NCBI GenBank assembly: GCA_951406725.2
Contig: OX597823.1
Location: 11,284,001 to 11,348,000 of the forward strand
Length of the DNA: 64,000 bases
Direction: 5' to 3'
DNA from: Octopus vulgaris
Lineage: Eukaryota
Of this stretch, positions 23,751 through 37,899 are shown in pieces (position 1 is the first letter of the stretch; each line of letters starts with the position of its first letter). The notes under the pieces are model-generated. The model worked only from the letters and a program-made list of their open reading frames with translations, was not told the origin of the DNA and searched no databases. A program made the translations under genes and the position numbers.

Positions 23751-25961
23751 TAGTGCAATTGGTACATTTTGTTTGCTTAGTTCAGACAGGAAAAAAAAAA
23801 ACTTAAATAACTAGAAGGAACTTTTAGATCAGCCCTTTTTTCTAAGTGCCCTCTCCAATCAACAGGCATGCACTTAGAGCCTTCACTATCCTTATTTTCA
23901 GGACTCTATCCCACCTTTCATTAGATTCACTTTCAAGATAGCATTCCCACTCTACCATCACTTTCCTTTTCATGATAATACTGTACAATTCAATAATCAC
24001 TGCCAGCTTTTATGAAGTTCATTGGTTACAGTGTATAAGATGTCTTTTAGTCATATGTCATGAACATTTTTGGTGCTGTTGTTATCTTAAATCAGCCCTC
24101 ATCTAGTATATCTAAGATCAAATGCATTCCAGTTATGACCATCCTACCTGTTATTCAGACATTATATCTAGAACTACATTATCCAATATATTCTTCTTTT
24201 TTTTAAGACAATGGGGTATGATTTGAGGGAAGTTAAGAGGCTATTTCTAGCAGATTGATCTACCACTTAAAGATTCCCATATTGGCTCTCTACATTTTGT
24301 GCTAATTAAAACGAAGAAACTGTGATTGAAATTCAGGGAAAAAATAGTCATAGAACATTATTTTTAATTGAGCATCTTAACTCTTTATCTGTTTCTATGT
24401 TATTAACTTGAGAGTGACAAGAAGCTAAATTGAACCTATCACTTCTCTCAAATCTATGAAACTCATTAAGTATACAGTAATATATTTGTAAGCTTATGTT
24501 GAAAGTCACTCATGAACTTTTTGAAAATAAATCATCTCTTGCAAATTTAAATACAAGAATTCTCTTACATTACGTTTAACTCTACATACACACCTTATAT
24601 GGCTTATCTTTAATATTTCTTACTTTCCACCCACTTTCATAACAAAATATATTCATCATAAAAGAGCTTTTACATGGTCACTCCACCTGCTAGAGATGAC
24701 GGCCAAATTTTGCTCAAATCATACATTATCATCTTCAAAAAAAGAAAGATAAATTAGAAACTATAGTTTTAATGAACAGAGAGCATGTATAGCTGGAAGG
24801 TTTTAATCAGAAGTTGACTCCAAAATGGCTAAATAACAACAACAGTCTTATTATAATAATCACTAAAGAGTGACATTTTAAAATCCTATTCTAACATTTT
24901 GGATGGTTTTTATTCATGTGTGTGTGTCTGTGTGTGTGTGTATTGCATTCGCATTGATTTGCTTTTGCGATGTCCACCTCTCATGCAAGAAGAATAGCAA
25001 CAGAAAACTGCATAGTAGTAGTAGCATCATCTACAGTAAAGTAAGCAGTTGTTCTGACAATTTGGCTATCACATTAATGGATAGTAAAACAATCCAAATA
25101 TGCCAAAATATTGTTATGCTGTATATAGATTGAGTGACAATGTGAGTCATCCAGATTTTCATTTTCGTCTTCCGACAGTTCTTCACCACTATGGTTATAT
25201 GAGAAAATGAGAAGAAAAAGCAAAAGAAGGTCATTGAATGTAATTAAAACAGTTTAGATCGATAATATGGGTAGAATTTAAATAAACAATTGTCTTGAAA
25301 TATAGAGCATTTCTGCTTATTTCAAATACATTATAAAGAGAAAGAAAGAAAGAGAGAGAGAGGGAGAGGGAGAGAGACAAACAGATAGACAGAGACAGTG
25401 ATAGAAAGAAGGAGGATGGTAAATTTTTTAAACCAGTCCAGACTATCTTTTGGATTTTAGTTCCTTAGAAAGTATAGTTCGTTTCAACAAGTTTTAATTG
25501 TTTACTCATTATGGGGTAGATAGTTTTAAAGGACTATTTAGTAGAGAGGAATAAGACTAGAGGATCTAGTTAGTGTCTGTCTTTCTCTTGGTTCCAATTT
25601 CCATGCCATGTGCTCTTAATTCCTTGATGGAATTGTAAGAGTGCCATCATAACATATGACATGTCTTGGATATTTTAGATGTGGCAGATCCCATCCTTCT
25701 CCATTTTTAACCACAGTCAATTTCTCCTAGGAGAGAAAGAAATAGAAAGATTAACAGAAAGTGAAGAACTGATACTGTTATAAAACAGTATCTGACCCCA
25801 AAAGGATGAGAGGCAAAGCTTGTTTTGGTGGGATTTGAACTTAGGGTGCTGAGAGTCAAAACAATTACTGCAAAGCAATCTACCTGACACTCCAGTAACT
25901 GTGAATTGGCTACATAGGTTCTTGTATCCCTTGGTAACTAAATACAAGAAGAAGAAGAAGC

Positions 25962-26021
<60 letters not shown>

Positions 26022-26362
26022 TGTAGCATCTTAATTCTAAAACAGACTTATTCATGGAGGTCTATGATTGAAGACCTTCTAGTCATAACAGACTTCTTTT
26101 TTTTTTTTAATTTTAGTATTGTGTATCTAGGATTATGTTAATGGTTAGCAATGAGAAACCTGTAATTGGTTGGCTGTCTGTTTGTGTGAAGCATCTATGT
26201 TATGAGTGGTGCTGCTTCAAAGTAGAGTTATTATCACCAATGAACCCAGTAAAGCACTCTGTTTATAGTTTGGCACCTTGAGAATTTCTACTTTCAGACT
26301 ATTTCTCTTCATTCTCAAAAGTATCCTGTACAGGGATCCCTGTATATTATTATGTCAGGGTA

Positions 26363-26746
26363 TACTCTTTAACTCTTTTACTTGTTTCAGTCATTTGACT
26401 GCGGCCATGCTGGAGCACCGCCTTTAGTCGAGCAAATCGACCCCGGGACTTATTCTTTGTAAGCCCAGTACTTATTTTATCGGTCTCTTTTGCCGAACCG
26501 CTAAACACACCAGCATCGGTTGTCAAGCAATGCTAGGGGAACAAACACAGACACACAAACACACACACGCATACATATATACGACGGGCTTCTTTCAGTT
26601 TCCGTCTACCAAATCCACTCACAAGGCATTGGTTGGCCTGGGGCTATAGCAGAAGACACTTGCCCAAGATGCCACGCAGTGGGACTGAACCTGGAACCAT
26701 GTGGTTGGTTAGCAAGCTACTTACCACACAGCTACTCCTGTGCCTG
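26363..26746 (-). mobile_element. SINE family A
   Basis: Consensus with a small deletion. Confidence 0.92.
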
Positions 26747-27490
26747 TATATTAAAGAATTATAAAAAAAATAGTCTGAAACTTGAAAGTATGACCCGAAT
26801 GTTAATATTACTAATAATCAAAGGGAAATGTGTCTCAGTCAGAATTTCTGACTGTGAGTTTCCTTTTGTTGAATCAACTAAGTTCTTAGGCTCATTAAAT
26901 GACTGAATATTCCACCAGTACTTAATGTAGTCCCTAAGCAAATTTAGTGTGACAAGGCTAGACCTTTTGATTTACAGGTACAATCCACTGATGGGCTTCT
27001 ATACAATTTCCATCTGCTCATTTTCACTCATTTTCACTTAGATTAACCTGAGGTTACTGTAAAAGATGCCCTCCCAATACGCTACAGAGTTGGAGTGAAT
27101 GTCAACCTTGTGACTAAAAAACAAGTTTCTTAATTATCCAACCATCCTGATTATAATTACTGTCATTACCATTTTCTTCATGTTGTCTTGGTTTGGATGA
27201 GGGCAGCAGTTCTGTGTCATCTTGTCCTGTGAGAACCAGCATCCTTAGAACTCATGTCTTTCTTGATCTTCCTTTTTTTCGGGGATACTTTGCACTCTGA
27301 GCATGCAGCAATTGTTTATATAGATATTATAGTCCATTTACAATACATGTCTATACAAGTGCAATCATCTCTGCTTGACTAATGTCTTTAATTCCTTTTT
27401 GCTAGCTCACTTGTATAGTAACTTATGTATTACACATCTAATACACCATTCAGTTTTAAGCTGTACACATATTCCACATTTATGTAGATA

Positions 27491-27888
27491 CCGGCAGTAT
27501 CGCCTGGCGTTGCTTGGGTTTGTAAGGGAAATAACTATATAAGCATTTTTAGAGATGTAAAGTATAATAGCCATCTCAATATGGCTAACCACAAAGGGGG
27601 GGGGTGTTACTGTAGCCTTTTACGTTCTGAGATTTAATAATAAATTTTTAGAGAGTTACTTCCCTTATATATGCCAAAAATGCATTAAAAATGGGAATAA
27701 TTGATGGTAAATTTTTTTTTAAATCGTAGACTCATCGTAGACGTGCGCTAATACCCAGAAGGGCTCGATATGAATCACGGCTATAAGATACCCGGTTTTG
27801 GTTAAACTGCACCGCAAAATGTGGGAGTAGTTAGGAATCTAAATCGTAGGAGACAGACAGCACACAACCTCTCTTTTATATATAAAGA
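27491..27888 (-). mobile_element. Non-autonomous Helitron-like element
   Basis: Minus strand begins A|TCtttatatataaaag; subterminal ccaagcaacgccagg (decayed hairpin); ends CCGG|T (CTRR-like); no TSD. Confidence 0.7.
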
Positions 27889-29070
27889 TATGTACATGTG
27901 TATACATATGCACATGCTGATACATTCTTTTGTTTCGTTCTTCTGCTGGTATTAGTTGTTGGATGGACTATGGCCATGTTGGGGCACCATGTTTAATGGT
28001 ATAGTTGTCTGTATCAACCCCAGTACTTGCAGATGGGAACATTTTTTATAGATCTTGTTTTCATCTTCCATCATATTTCTGTTCACATCTAGCCTGTATT
28101 ATCGAAATGTAAGTTATTCCATTACTTGACTGGTATTTTCGGTCTTACCCCTGGAAGGATGGGAAGCAGAAATTGACCTTTGTGAGGTTTGAACTCAGTG
28201 ACTATCCAAATAAATACAATGTATTTTGCTTAGTACTCTATCTCATCTATCACACACACACACACACACATGCATGCACATGTGTGTGTGTGTGCATGCA
28301 CATGTGTGTGTGTGTGCACACACACATAGGCACATGTGTGTGCATGCACACACAAACACAGATATATGTGAATTTCAATTATCTTTTTATAACCTTGATT
28401 ATACTTGAATGTGTTTTGTGAATAGGTCTAAATTACAACCTTGTGTTTGGTCAATATAATGATTTTATTGGAATTTGAATATTAATTTCAAATAATCTGA
28501 GTAAATAAATATGAAATAAATCCTTAAAGTACCTACCCACTGTGAGATCAACATTATATCAATATCAGTGTTTAGACTTTTATATTTACTTGATGATTCA
28601 TTCATCACTGTTTTGGTAACTAAGGTGAAGAAAAGCTATCTTCAACAAGGTGATTAAAATAAGGCCAAAACAAAATATTTATCAGGATAATGAAAATAAT
28701 GTTATCCAATCATTCATTCATTCTTTATCATCATCATTGTCATTACCATCATCCTTATCATTTTTCAGTCTTTTCCTTATTTTTCCATGCTTGCAATGGT
28801 TGAACGGGTCTCCCAGCATTGTGACATTCATTGGAAACAATCAATCTTCTTTTTTTCCTTTTTTTTTTTGTGTCGTTTCTAAGGCTGGATGCTTTCTATC
28901 ACCAACTATTTTATAAAATGGACTAATTTAATGTTTTTCTTGTGTATGTTCACACTCACCAATTTACCTACTGTTTTACATAAAGTTCTATTTTCCTTCT
29001 GCCATAACCATCAATCTTTTATCTTTTACTGATTCAGTCAACATTACCTTTAGCAAATAGAGTGAAAGCT

Positions 29071-29480
29071 ACTTTACTCTTTTACTTGTTTCAGTCATTT
29101 GACTGCAGCCATGCTGGAGCACTGCTTTTAGTCAAGCAAATCAACTCCAGGACTTATTCTTTCTAAGCCTAGTACTTATTCTATCGGCTCTTTTGCCGAA
29201 CTGCTAAGTTACAGGGATGTAAGCACACCAGTATCGGTTGTCAAGCGATGTTGGGAGGGACAAACACAAACACACAAACATATACACACACACATACACA
29301 TACATATATATATACATATTACGACAGGCTTCTTTCAGTTCCTGTCTACCAAATCCACTCACTAGGCTTTGGTCGGCCCAAGGCTATAGTAGAAGTTACT
29401 TGCCCAAGGTGCCATACAGTGGGACTGAACCTGAAACCATGTGGTTGATAAGCAAGCTACTTACCACACAGCCACTCCTG
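29071..29480 (-). mobile_element. SINE family A
   Basis: Diverged full copy. Confidence 0.9.
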
Positions 29481-29587
29481 CTGAAGAGGTCAGAATAAAA
29501 TTGAATCATATCCTGAATTGTTTATCATAATTGCTGGCAAAATATCATATTATTCACTGACTGACTTTGTATTCCCCCATCCCACAA

Positions 29588-29616
<29 letters not shown>

Positions 29617-29618
<2 letters not shown>

Positions 29619-29948
29619 CATCATCATCATCATCATCGTTTAACGTCCGTTTTCCGCGCTAGCATGGGTTGGACGGTTCGACCGGGGTCTGGGAAGCCAG
29701 GGTCTGCACCAGGCTCCAGTCTGATCTGGCAGTGTTTCTACAGCTGGATGCCCTTCATAACGCCAACCACTCCGTGAGTGTAGTGGGTGCTTTTTACATG
29801 CCACCTGCACAGGTGCCAGGGGGGGCTGGCATCGGCCATGATCGGTTGGTGCTTTTAATGTGCCACCGGCACGGAAGCCAGTCAAGGCGGCGCTGGCATC
29901 GGCAACGTTCGGATGGTGCTTTTTATGTGCCACCGGCACAGAAGCCAG
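29617..29948 (-). mobile_element. Family B element
   Basis: 3 internal units; inserted next to (TA)n. Confidence 0.88.
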
Positions 29949-30966
29949 GTGTGTGTGTGTGTGGTGTGTATGTCTATTTGTATGAATGTATGTGTTATGT
30001 TGAGTGCACTCAAATTACCTTGATCAGTCACCTCTATACTTCCCTGCTGTCTAGCAACTGCTGCATAAATGTTTTAAAAGTTCTGCATTTCCTTCTTTTA
30101 CCATGTTCTGTTCCTCATAGTAATAGCTGATGTTTAGCTTTGTTGTTTCTTGCAACCAGTGTCCCACAAGCTATATATATACATATATCAATTAGGTTTG
30201 AGCTCACTGTCACCTTTAAAAATATTTAAAGTTCAGGAAATACCCAGCCCTATGAAAAGCTAAAATTCTTTTGTATATTGAAAAGTACTGCAGTAACTGT
30301 AACTCTATCAGTCTATCAAATATTCTCATAGCCCACTGACATTGAAGTTTTTGATATTTATAATTCAAAGGGTAGATGAATAGCAAAAACAACTGACAGT
30401 TGGATTAAATACCTCACCGTATTTAGATTTTTTCCTCCGAAATCCAAGGTTCAGAACTTCAGAAATAGCTTTGCTATGAGTTTCAAGATTTTCTACAATT
30501 TTGATCTGTGCCCAAGCAATTGCATATAAGTTATCTTGTCTCAGTCTTTTGGTTGACAAGTGTGTCACATTTTGTTTTTGCTTTTTTTTAAATCAATACA
30601 TCGAAGCTACAATTGGAAAAATAGATACAAAATAGTGAAAAGATACAAAGATCTAAGGTATATTATGTATCTGAATGAATTTGAAGGTTTATTAAAATAA
30701 CGAATAAAGAACATTTTTCATTTAACTCTCACCTTGGTTCGATACTTCTTTCTCACTTGTTGTAGTGTTTGTTTTGCTATAAGCCATCAAAAGGGTTCCT
30801 ACATCATTGCATGATCTGTTAGAAATAGCAACTAAGTTTCCCACAAATCATACTATCATCAAAAAGGAAATGCATATTTGATATGTATCCCTAGATACTC
30901 TATGTCAATGATAGAGCTTCTATGCAGTCTTTCAACCTAGAAAAGTGATCAAATTTTACTCAAATA

Positions 30967-31375
30967 GGCACAGGAGTGGCTGTGTGGTAAGTAGCTTGCT
31001 AACCAACCACATGGTTCCGGGTTCAGTCCCACTGCGTGGCATCTTGGGCAAGTGTCTTCTGCTATAGCCCTGGGCCGACCAATGCCTTGTGAGTGGATTT
31101 GGTAGACGGAAGCTGAAAGAAGCCTGTCGTATATATGTTTATATATATATGTATATATGTGTGTGTGTGTGTGTGTGTTTGTCCCCCTAGCATTGCTTGA
31201 CAACCGATGCTGGTGTGTTTACGTCCCCGTCACTTAGCGGTTCGGCAAAAGAGACCGATAGAATAAGTACTGGGCTTACAAAGAATAAGTCCCGGGGTCG
31301 ATTTGCTCGACTAAAGGCGGTGCTCCAGCATGGCCGCAGTCAAATGACTGAAACAAGTAAAAGAGTAAAAGAGTA
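30967..31375 (+). mobile_element. SINE family A
   Basis: Full consensus. Confidence 0.93.
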
Positions 31376-31825
31376 AATAATGTGCCAAAGACACATTGGT
31401 TATGTAGTCCTAGATACAGTATTTCTATGATGCTTCTACTCAGTCACTCAACGTGCTAGAAATAGCAAATCTCCCCCTTTTGGTTTAAATGAAAAAGGGC
31501 ACATTAGATAAGCATGATATAACACACACACATATACGTGCATGACATAAAACATGTATCCATATTTATAATCCATGTGTACACAAATGCACTTACACGT
31601 GCACACACATACTCGGCAAATTTAACACTTACAAAGAGCATTTCATCCATTATTTGGGAAGTTGTTAAAATAGAAGAAAATCATTCAGGTTATAGATGCC
31701 GCTGCTGGCTCTTAGGAGGCTGACAGTACAAACAACAAAGTAAGGTCTTTGTTGTTTTTGTTGTGACTGTTGGTTAGTTTCCAGTCAGCTTGATCAAAAG
31801 CATAACCATCTTGATATTTTTGTAT

Positions 31826-32246
31826 TCTCTCTTTACTCTCTTTTACTCTTTTACTTGTTTCAGTCATTTGACTGCAGCCATGCTGGAGCACCGCCTTTAA
31901 TCGAGCAAATCGACCCCGGGACTTATTCTTTGTAAGCCCAGTACTTATTCTATCGGTCTCTTTTGCCAAACTGCTAAGTGACGGGGACGTAAACACACCA
32001 GCATCGGTTGTCAAGCAATGCTAGGGGGACAAACACAGACACACAAACATATACACACACACTTATATATATATACATCTATACGACAGGCTTCTTTCAG
32101 TTTCCGTCTACCAAATCCACTCACAAGGCATTGGTCGGCCCAAGGCTATAGCAGAAGACACTTGCCCAAGATGCCACGCAGTGGGACTGAACCCAGAACC
32201 ATGTGGTTGGTTAGCAAGCTACTTACCACACAGCCACTCTTGCACC
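31826..32246 (-). mobile_element. SINE family A
   Basis: Full consensus. Confidence 0.93.
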
Positions 32247-32467
32247 TGAGATATATTGTCCAATGTGTTCTTTATCTGTGACAGTGGAATGTGGACTTAG
32301 GTAAATTTGGCCTGCTATTTCTAATAGATTGCATGATCATATATAGTCTTCCTTAATGTTGATGATTGCTGCAGTAAAGCTTCTCACTCATTGTTGCTGA
32401 TAATATACACCAAACACACCACCTCAAAGATGATGTGATGATTGGCTTAGTTAATAATATCTTATAT

Positions 32468-32863
32468 TCGTGCAGGTGGCACGTAAAAAGCATCATCCGA
32501 TCGTGGCCGTTGCCAGCCTTGCCTGGCCCCCAGCATCGCCCCGACTGGCCTCCCGTGCCGGTGGCACGTAAAAAGCACCATCCAATCGTGGCCATTGCCA
32601 GCCTTGCCTGACCCCCATGCCGGCGGCACGTAAAAAGCACCATCCGTCCGTGGCCGTTTGCCAGCCCCGTCTGGCACCTGTGCGGATGGCACGTAAAAAG
32701 CACCCACTACACTCACGGAGTGGTTGGCGTTAGGAAGGGCATCCAGCCGTAGAAACACTGCCAGATCAGTCTGGGCCTGGTGCAGCCTTCTGGCTTCCCA
32801 GACCCCAGTTGAACCGTCCAACCCATGCTAGCATGGAAAGCGGACGCTAAATGATGATGATGA
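32468..32863 (+). mobile_element. Family B element
   Basis: 4 internal units and a (GAT)n tail. Confidence 0.88.
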
Positions 32864-33774
32864 GGATAGTAGATTCAATTTGTTTGAATTTTACTAGATC
32901 ATGTGTCCCTCCTAACTTTTCAGATATTTTAATACTAGCTATAATGGTATTACTCTAGTAAACCTCGGACATAATAACTAAATTGGTGATGTGATGAAGG
33001 GGAGGGGACAGACATGCATACAATACATAAAGACATAGTAACAGATGTTGAGGTTGCACACAATAATTAAACAAACTAATTAAGTGAATATGTAAAATAC
33101 AGATATAATTTTAACATGTATAATATAAAGGAAATAAAAAATAATATAGATGAGAAACTTACACCTGGGTCATATCAAAAAAGAGGTGAAGGATAGATTT
33201 GTGATATTGGCACAAGGCCACAAATCTTGAAGAGGACAGAGAATAGCTGATTTAATCAATCGCAATAATTGGATTGTACTTATTTGTTTTGACCTTGGAA
33301 GCCATGCAATACTAATGACTTGTATACGGTAATTATTTAAGCAATATAATTACTTCAGTATATCTTACTAATTAGTAAATTAGTAATTTATGTTGAAAAT
33401 GGATAACACTCCTTAATAGGGAAGCCATTTAACAATTAGAAGAACATTAATATAAAAATAAATGATTTCCACAATATGCAAAAAGTGCACATTTGCAATA
33501 ATCATTCTATCAATGGCAGCATAGTTCTTAATTATCATTTTAAAAGACTGATTATCTCAATTGGTTAGAACATAGTGCTAATTACACAAGTTTGTGTGAG
33601 CCGTTTTAGAATAGTTGGTTGCTAGAATTTGTAGGGTGACTAATTTGATACTTTGTAGTATTTTAAGTCTTTTTATGCTTTGACTTCAGTGTCTGCTAGA
33701 GTCAAATTTCATACTTCTAGCTTGATAAACATCAAAAACAGAGCAAAGGTCCTTCCCAAGCAGTTGGTCCCATA

Positions 33775-33978
33775 AGACCAGTTTTTCCAGATTCTGTGGT
33801 GTATATATTCCCACCCTGGACAGGACACCCATTTGTCACATGGTCACTGAGTGGAGTGGAGCAATGTAAAATGAAGTGTTTTGCTCAAGAATACAACACA
33901 TTGCCTGGTCTGAGAATCGAAACCACAATCTTATGATCTTGAATGCAACACCTTAATCATTATGTCACGTGCCTCCAC
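33775..33978 (-). mobile_element. Old SINE family F
   Basis: tRNA-like head similar to family C, plus cacttcattttacattgctccactccactcag. Confidence 0.65.
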
Positions 33979-34004
33979 ATACTGGGGTTGATACAGTTGA
34001 CTGT

Positions 34005-34407
34005 AAGGTGGCAAACTGGCAGAAACGTTAGCACACCGGGTGAAATGCTTAGCGGTATTTCGTCTTTCTTTACGTTCTGAGTTCAAATTCTGCTGAGGTC
34101 AACTTTGCCTTTCATCCTTTCGGGGGTCGATAAATTAAGTACCAGTTACGTACTGGGGTCGATATAATCGACTCAATCCGCTTGTCTGTCCTTGTTTGTC
34201 CCTTCTGTGTTTAGTCCCTTGTGGGTAGTGAAGAAATAGGTATTTCGTCTTTCTTTACGTTCTGAGTTCAAATTCTGCTGAGGTCAACTTTGCCTTTTTA
34301 TCCTTTCAGGGTCAATAAATTAAGTACCAGTTGCATACTGGGTTGATCTAATCGACTGGCGCCCTCACCCAAAATTTTGGGCCTTGTGCTTAGAGTAGAA
34401 AAGATAT
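34005..34407 (+). mobile_element. SINE family E with a duplicated Nin/Deu-like central domain
   Basis: ggtatttcgtc...gcctttcatcctttcggggtcgataaattaagtaccag occurs twice (from about 34053 and 34239); the domain name is from memory and unverified. Confidence 0.8.
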
Positions 34408-34675
34408 AGTTGACTGTAGTAGTAGACAAATTTGAGGCCTTCTGACTATGTAATACATTAATAATAATCATGTCAAAGGAAGTGGATGGCAGTAATAATA
34501 GTGTGATAGATGTTATACCTGTGGTATCCATTTACGTAGTGAGTTCAAATTCTTCTTTAGTTGTCTTGGCATTTTATTCTTATGGCCCAGATGAAATGGA
34601 TGTACACTTTCCTCCAAGTCTGACATTATTCAACATCAGTAATTAATGGTTCATAAAAAGATATTTAAGAATATA

Positions 34676-34814
34676 TATTTCTTTACTACCCACAAGGTGC
34701 TAAACACAGAGGGGACAAACAAGAACAGACAAAGCGATTAAGTTGATTCCATCGACCCCAGTGCGTAACTGGTACTTAATTTATCGACCCCGAAAGGATG
34801 AAAGGCAAAGTCGA
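34676..34814 (-). mobile_element. SINE family E fragment
   Basis: Reverse complement of about 34097-34240. Confidence 0.8.
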
Positions 34815-35122
34815 ATATAGTTAAATTTATTGTCTGCTTATGAACACATGCACACGTTTGCACATACACTCACTCACTCTCTCTTTCACACACACACAGT
34901 ATTTTGGAGTATGATTAGAAAAGAAGCAAATGATGATTTGTGTTGACCAAAGTCTTACGTGAATACTGGTTAACATGGAATGGCTGTTGCAATTAGTGTT
35001 GATTAGAATATGTGCTGGGCAAAGTTCAACGAAGAGAATTCATACATACATACATACATACATACATACATACATCTGTGTGTGTATTTATGTGTATACA
35101 TGTATGTATTTTAATCTATTTA

Positions 35123-35158
<36 letters not shown>

Positions 35159-35527
35159 TCTGTGTTATGTACACATATAAGTATACGTATATTTGCATTT
35201 GAAAGTGTCAAAAAATGTCAAAATATCAGCTTGGAACAAAAGCTGTGTGACTCATGGCACGTACATGCAATTGCATATTGTCAGTGGGTGTAAATGTGTT
35301 GGGTGACCAAAATTGTTTGTTTTGCTGTCAAAGTTGGTGTGTGAATAAGTGCAGATCAGCACAAATCTTACTAGTGGTGTATAATATAGTTCAGATTGGC
35401 AGAGTGAGGGTATGGGTGCATTTAGGAACTTTTTTCATCTTCATCCACTTTCTCTTCTTACATCACCTCTTCTTTCCTTAAGTTCTCTACTTACTTACTC
35501 TCCTCTTTCTCTTACATATCACCTTTA

Positions 35528-35529
<2 letters not shown>

Positions 35530-35559
<30 letters not shown>

Positions 35560-35817
35560 ATCATCATCATCATCTTTATCATCATCATCATCATCTTCTT
35601 CTTCTTCTCGTCTTCTTCTTCTTCTTCTTCTTCTTCTTCTTCTTCTTCTTCTTCTTCTTCTTCTTCTTCTTCTTCTTCTTCTTCTTCTTCTTCTTCTTCT
35701 TCTTCTTCTTCTTCTTCTTCGTCTTCTTCTTCTTCTTCTTCTTCTTCTTCTTCTTCTTCTTCTTCTTCTTCTTCTTCTTCTTCTTCTTCTTCTTCTTCTT
35801 CTTCTTCTTCTTCCTCC

Positions 35818-35861
<44 letters not shown>

Positions 35862-35905
35862 TTCTTCTTCTTCTTCTCTCATTCTTCTTCTTCTTCTCAT
35901 TCTTC
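35530..35905. repeat. (TTC)n/(TCA)n trinucleotide tract
   Basis: Direct reading; gives the polyF/polyE/polyK pseudo-ORFs. Confidence 0.97.
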
Positions 35906-36296
35906 AACAACAAACACACCCCTATGACAGCTCTTTCATACAGGTATTAGTCTGGCATATCTGTAATGTGAAATTTTCTCCATTGTAATCTTCTCCGTCA
36001 TCTCCCCTCTCTGCTGACTTTAATGATTTCTTCTTTACCCAACCATTCTTTGATCTACCTTTACAGAAATAACCTGCTTGTTCAGCGCCAATCACTCATT
36101 CCTGTTATGTATCCTATACCAGCATACATATATCTCTTATTTACATTGGTCAAAGTCTTTCACATATCCAGCTGCACTTTTAACAGCCTTTCATCTAAGT
36201 TAATAGTCCACATCAAAAAAAGACCATTGCTTCTTCTGTAGCTACAACAGCAACCTCTGCTATTCTGAATTAGATAATTATGTACCTTCCACCCAA

Positions 36297-36676
36297 GCAA
36301 TGGCCCTGTGGTTAGGGCAGCGGACTCGCGGTCGTAGGATCGCGGTTTCGATTCCCAGACCGGGCATTGTGAGTGTTTATTGAGCAAAAACACCTAAAAG
36401 CTCTACGAGGCTCCGGCAGGGAGGTGGTGGTGATCCCTGCTGTTCTCTTTCACCACAACTTTCTCTCACTCTTACTTCCTGTTTCTGTTGTACCTTGTAT
36501 TTCAAAGGGCCGGCCTTGTCACTCTCTGTGTCACGCTGAATATCCCCGAGAACTACGTTAAGGGTACACGTGTCTGTGGAGTGCTCAGCCACTTACACGT
36601 TAATTTCACGAGCAGGCTGTTCCGTTGATCGGATCAACCGGAACCCTCGTCGTCGTAACCGACGGAGTGCTTCCAC
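36297..36676 (+). mobile_element. SINE family C
   Basis: Near-identical to 13563-13949; ccaccca on both flanks. Confidence 0.92.
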
Positions 36677-36863
36677 TATAACCACCCATTCTTTCTCCTC
36701 TTCCCATTGCTCCAACTGGATCCCACATTTCTGACCCTGTGCTCACCAAGTTTGTCATTCCCGGAATTGCAAATGTCTAGAATTCTCACTCTGCTCGTAA
36801 AATGTTTTTTTTCAATTGTTGATCTACAGATGTTTAAGATGTTTTTGAATTACTGTATGTATA

Positions 36864-37022
36864 CAGGAGTGGCTGTGTGGTAAGTAGCTTGCTTACCAAC
36901 CACATGGTTCTGGGTTCAGTCCCACTGCGTGGCACCTTGGGAACATGTCTTCTGCTATAGCCTCGGGCCGACCAAAGCCTTGTGAGTGGATTTGGTAGAC
37001 GGAAACTGAAAGAAGCCCGTCG

Positions 37023-37078
<56 letters not shown>

Positions 37079-37298
37079 AGTGTTTGTGTGTCTGTGTTTG
37101 TCCCCCTAGCATTGCTTGACAACCGATGCTGGTGTGTTTATGTCCCCGTTACTTAGCGGTTCGGCAAAAGAGACCGATAGAATAAGTACTGGGCTTACAA
37201 AGAATAAGTCCCAGGGTCAAGTTGCTCGATTAAAGGCGGTGCTCCAGCATGGCCGCAGTCAAATGACTGAAACAAGTAAAAGAGTAAAGCGTAAAGAG
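36864..37298 (+). mobile_element. SINE family A
   Basis: Full consensus. Confidence 0.93.
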
Positions 37299-37400
37299 AT
37301 ATATATTCCAGCCATCATTGGCCAAAAGATGTATAATTATCATATCAAACATATTTGGCTTAGATAACAGTCACAATCACATTTACCCTGGCTCACATAT

Positions 37401-37585
37401 ACTCTCTTTTCTCTTTTACTCTTTTACTTGTTTCAGTCATTTGACTGCAGCCATGCTGGAGCACCGCCTTTAGTCGAGCAAATCGACCCCGGGACTTATT
37501 CTTTGTAAGCCCAGTACTTATTCTATCAGTCTCTTTTGAGACGTAAACACACCAGCATCGGTTGTCAAGCAATGCTAAGGGACAA

Positions 37586-37650
<65 letters not shown>

Positions 37651-37815
37651 TACGACAGGCTCCTTTCAGTTTCCGTCTACCAAATCCACTCACAAGGCAT
37701 TGGTCGGCCCGGGGCTATAGCAGAAGACACTTGCCCAAGATGCCACACAGTAGGACTGAACCCGGAACCATGTGGTTGGGTAGCAAGCTACTTACCACAC
37801 AGCCACTCCTGCGCC
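37401..37815 (-). mobile_element. SINE family A
   Basis: Full consensus. Confidence 0.93.
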
Positions 37816-37899
37816 TATGAAAAAAAATATATATATTCTTTTCAGTTCTTGCTGACTGCCTATATTCCATGCTCATGTTACATTCATATCAGTGACTTA

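Noticed and set aside
35412-35927. polyE/D, polyK and polyF ORFs
   Set aside because: This is a pure (TTC)/(TCA) tract with no unique coding sequence or splice context.
35940-36800. LINE endonuclease remnant on the minus strand around SINE C
   Set aside because: Only faint motif resemblance (ERLLKVQL); too decayed to support a call.
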